From: Azolla caroliniana
Lineage: Eukaryota > Plantae > Polypodiophyta
Length of the DNA stretch: 64,000 nt
Reading direction: 5' to 3'
NCBI GenBank assembly: GCA_043228905.1
Contig: JBHGNT010000013.1
Span: 13,888,001 to 13,952,000 of the forward strand
The notes under the pieces are model-generated. The model saw nothing but the letters and a program-made list of their open reading frames with translations. It was not told the DNA's origin and searched no databases. The number at the start of each line of letters is the position of its first letter. The first letter of the stretch is position 1. This document shows positions 63,008 through 64,000 of this stretch, piece after piece. The position numbers were made by a program, and so were the translations under genes.

Positions 63008-64000
63008 CTGTATGAGAAAAATTGAGTTAACACAAGTTTTGGAAGGGGTGAGTAGACACTAAATTATCATATAGCTCTCTCTCTATCTCTCTCTGGCTCA
63101 GTCGTTTACACACTGACATCAGAAGTCCTCAATTTGAGAGAATTCAATTTTATCTACACTGTAGGTTCAGCCCATCCAATAAATCGCACGACAGTCTCTA
63201 ACGAACATTAAAATATCTATCTTCCTCTCTCTCACACATGCATGTAAACCATTTCCAATTCCAGCACTTGAAGATTTTGCATGAGTGGGTGAGGAGCATG
63301 GAGATCTTCAGCCACGTTCATTATAAACACAAAATATATCCTGGTGGTAACCCAAGATTACACTAATTGTTCAAATATCACTATATGTACTATTTTACTA
63401 GATGCCACTACCGCTTCACTTTCTCGGTGTGTTCAATTTGAACAATCATTTGCACATCCTGAGATGGTTGGATTTCCAAGGAGTGCATAGGGGTTAGTCT
63501 CACAGATTTCTGGTCTCCACTGGACAGCCTTGCCAATTGAGCTTGCTTCCTTAACAACAGCAAGGCCATGGAATGGACATTTGCAGCCTATGAAACAACA
63601 TTCAGACCTAGATATTGCAGTTTGGAACTGCAAAAAAGCATTTTGGACACACCCATGTACAATGGACGAGGTCATGGCAGGACAAGACATAATCCTCATT
63701 ACGAAAATGCACTGAAGCCTAGATAACTCAAGTGGATGACTTCCAATGGAGTTTGAATGCAGGCAAACCACTGAATATAGTACACCCGATGTCACACTTC
63801 TCTTCATAAAAGCCTTACATCCACACATACAGGATGTGGAGGTTAGATACATTTAGATCCAGCTTGAACTCTTGGAAACAAGTTTTATTCATTGTGTTAT
63901 GTTACTTTCTTCTAAGCAATCAAAATATGCAGAAGTAAACACAAACATATCAAGTAACCGGGAGAGACAAAATCAAATCACCTTATAGTGTCCTATCCAA

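Noticed and set aside
63408-63852. 139-aa ORF and a possible 60-codon exon (AANVHSMALLLL...) on the minus strand
   Set aside because: No recognisable homology and no consistent splice phases; probably intron of the bZIP gene.

Overview
Eukaryotic land-plant nuclear DNA: AT-rich, with GT-AG introns. A non-seed plant such as a fern is my inference. Three host gene segments are present: the 3' part of a DExH8-type RNA helicase with two CCCH fingers (786-5411, +), a DNL/Zim17-type zinc-finger gene (56005-57318, +) and the last exons of a group-I bZIP gene (62656-63007, -). Between the first two lies a ~41-kb LTR-retrotransposon nest, followed by a decayed RTE-type LINE. The most striking component is a GC-rich Ty3/gypsy group with TGTCG...CGACA termini, present as five insertions: one decayed copy (A), two near-identical intact copies in inverted orientation (B, D), a capsid-only non-autonomous element (C) and a solo LTR. 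All five sit in 4-bp target duplications centred on CpG (mostly ACGT). The four full-length members carry a tRNA-Trp primer-binding site. The three pol-bearing copies put protease in the Gag ORF and appear to reach RT-RH-IN by -1 frameshifting at G_GAU_UUU_UAG, followed by a covarying stem/pseudoknot. Two defective Ty1/copia elements (E, F) host three of these five insertions. All alignments and counts were made by eye; no database searches were run.
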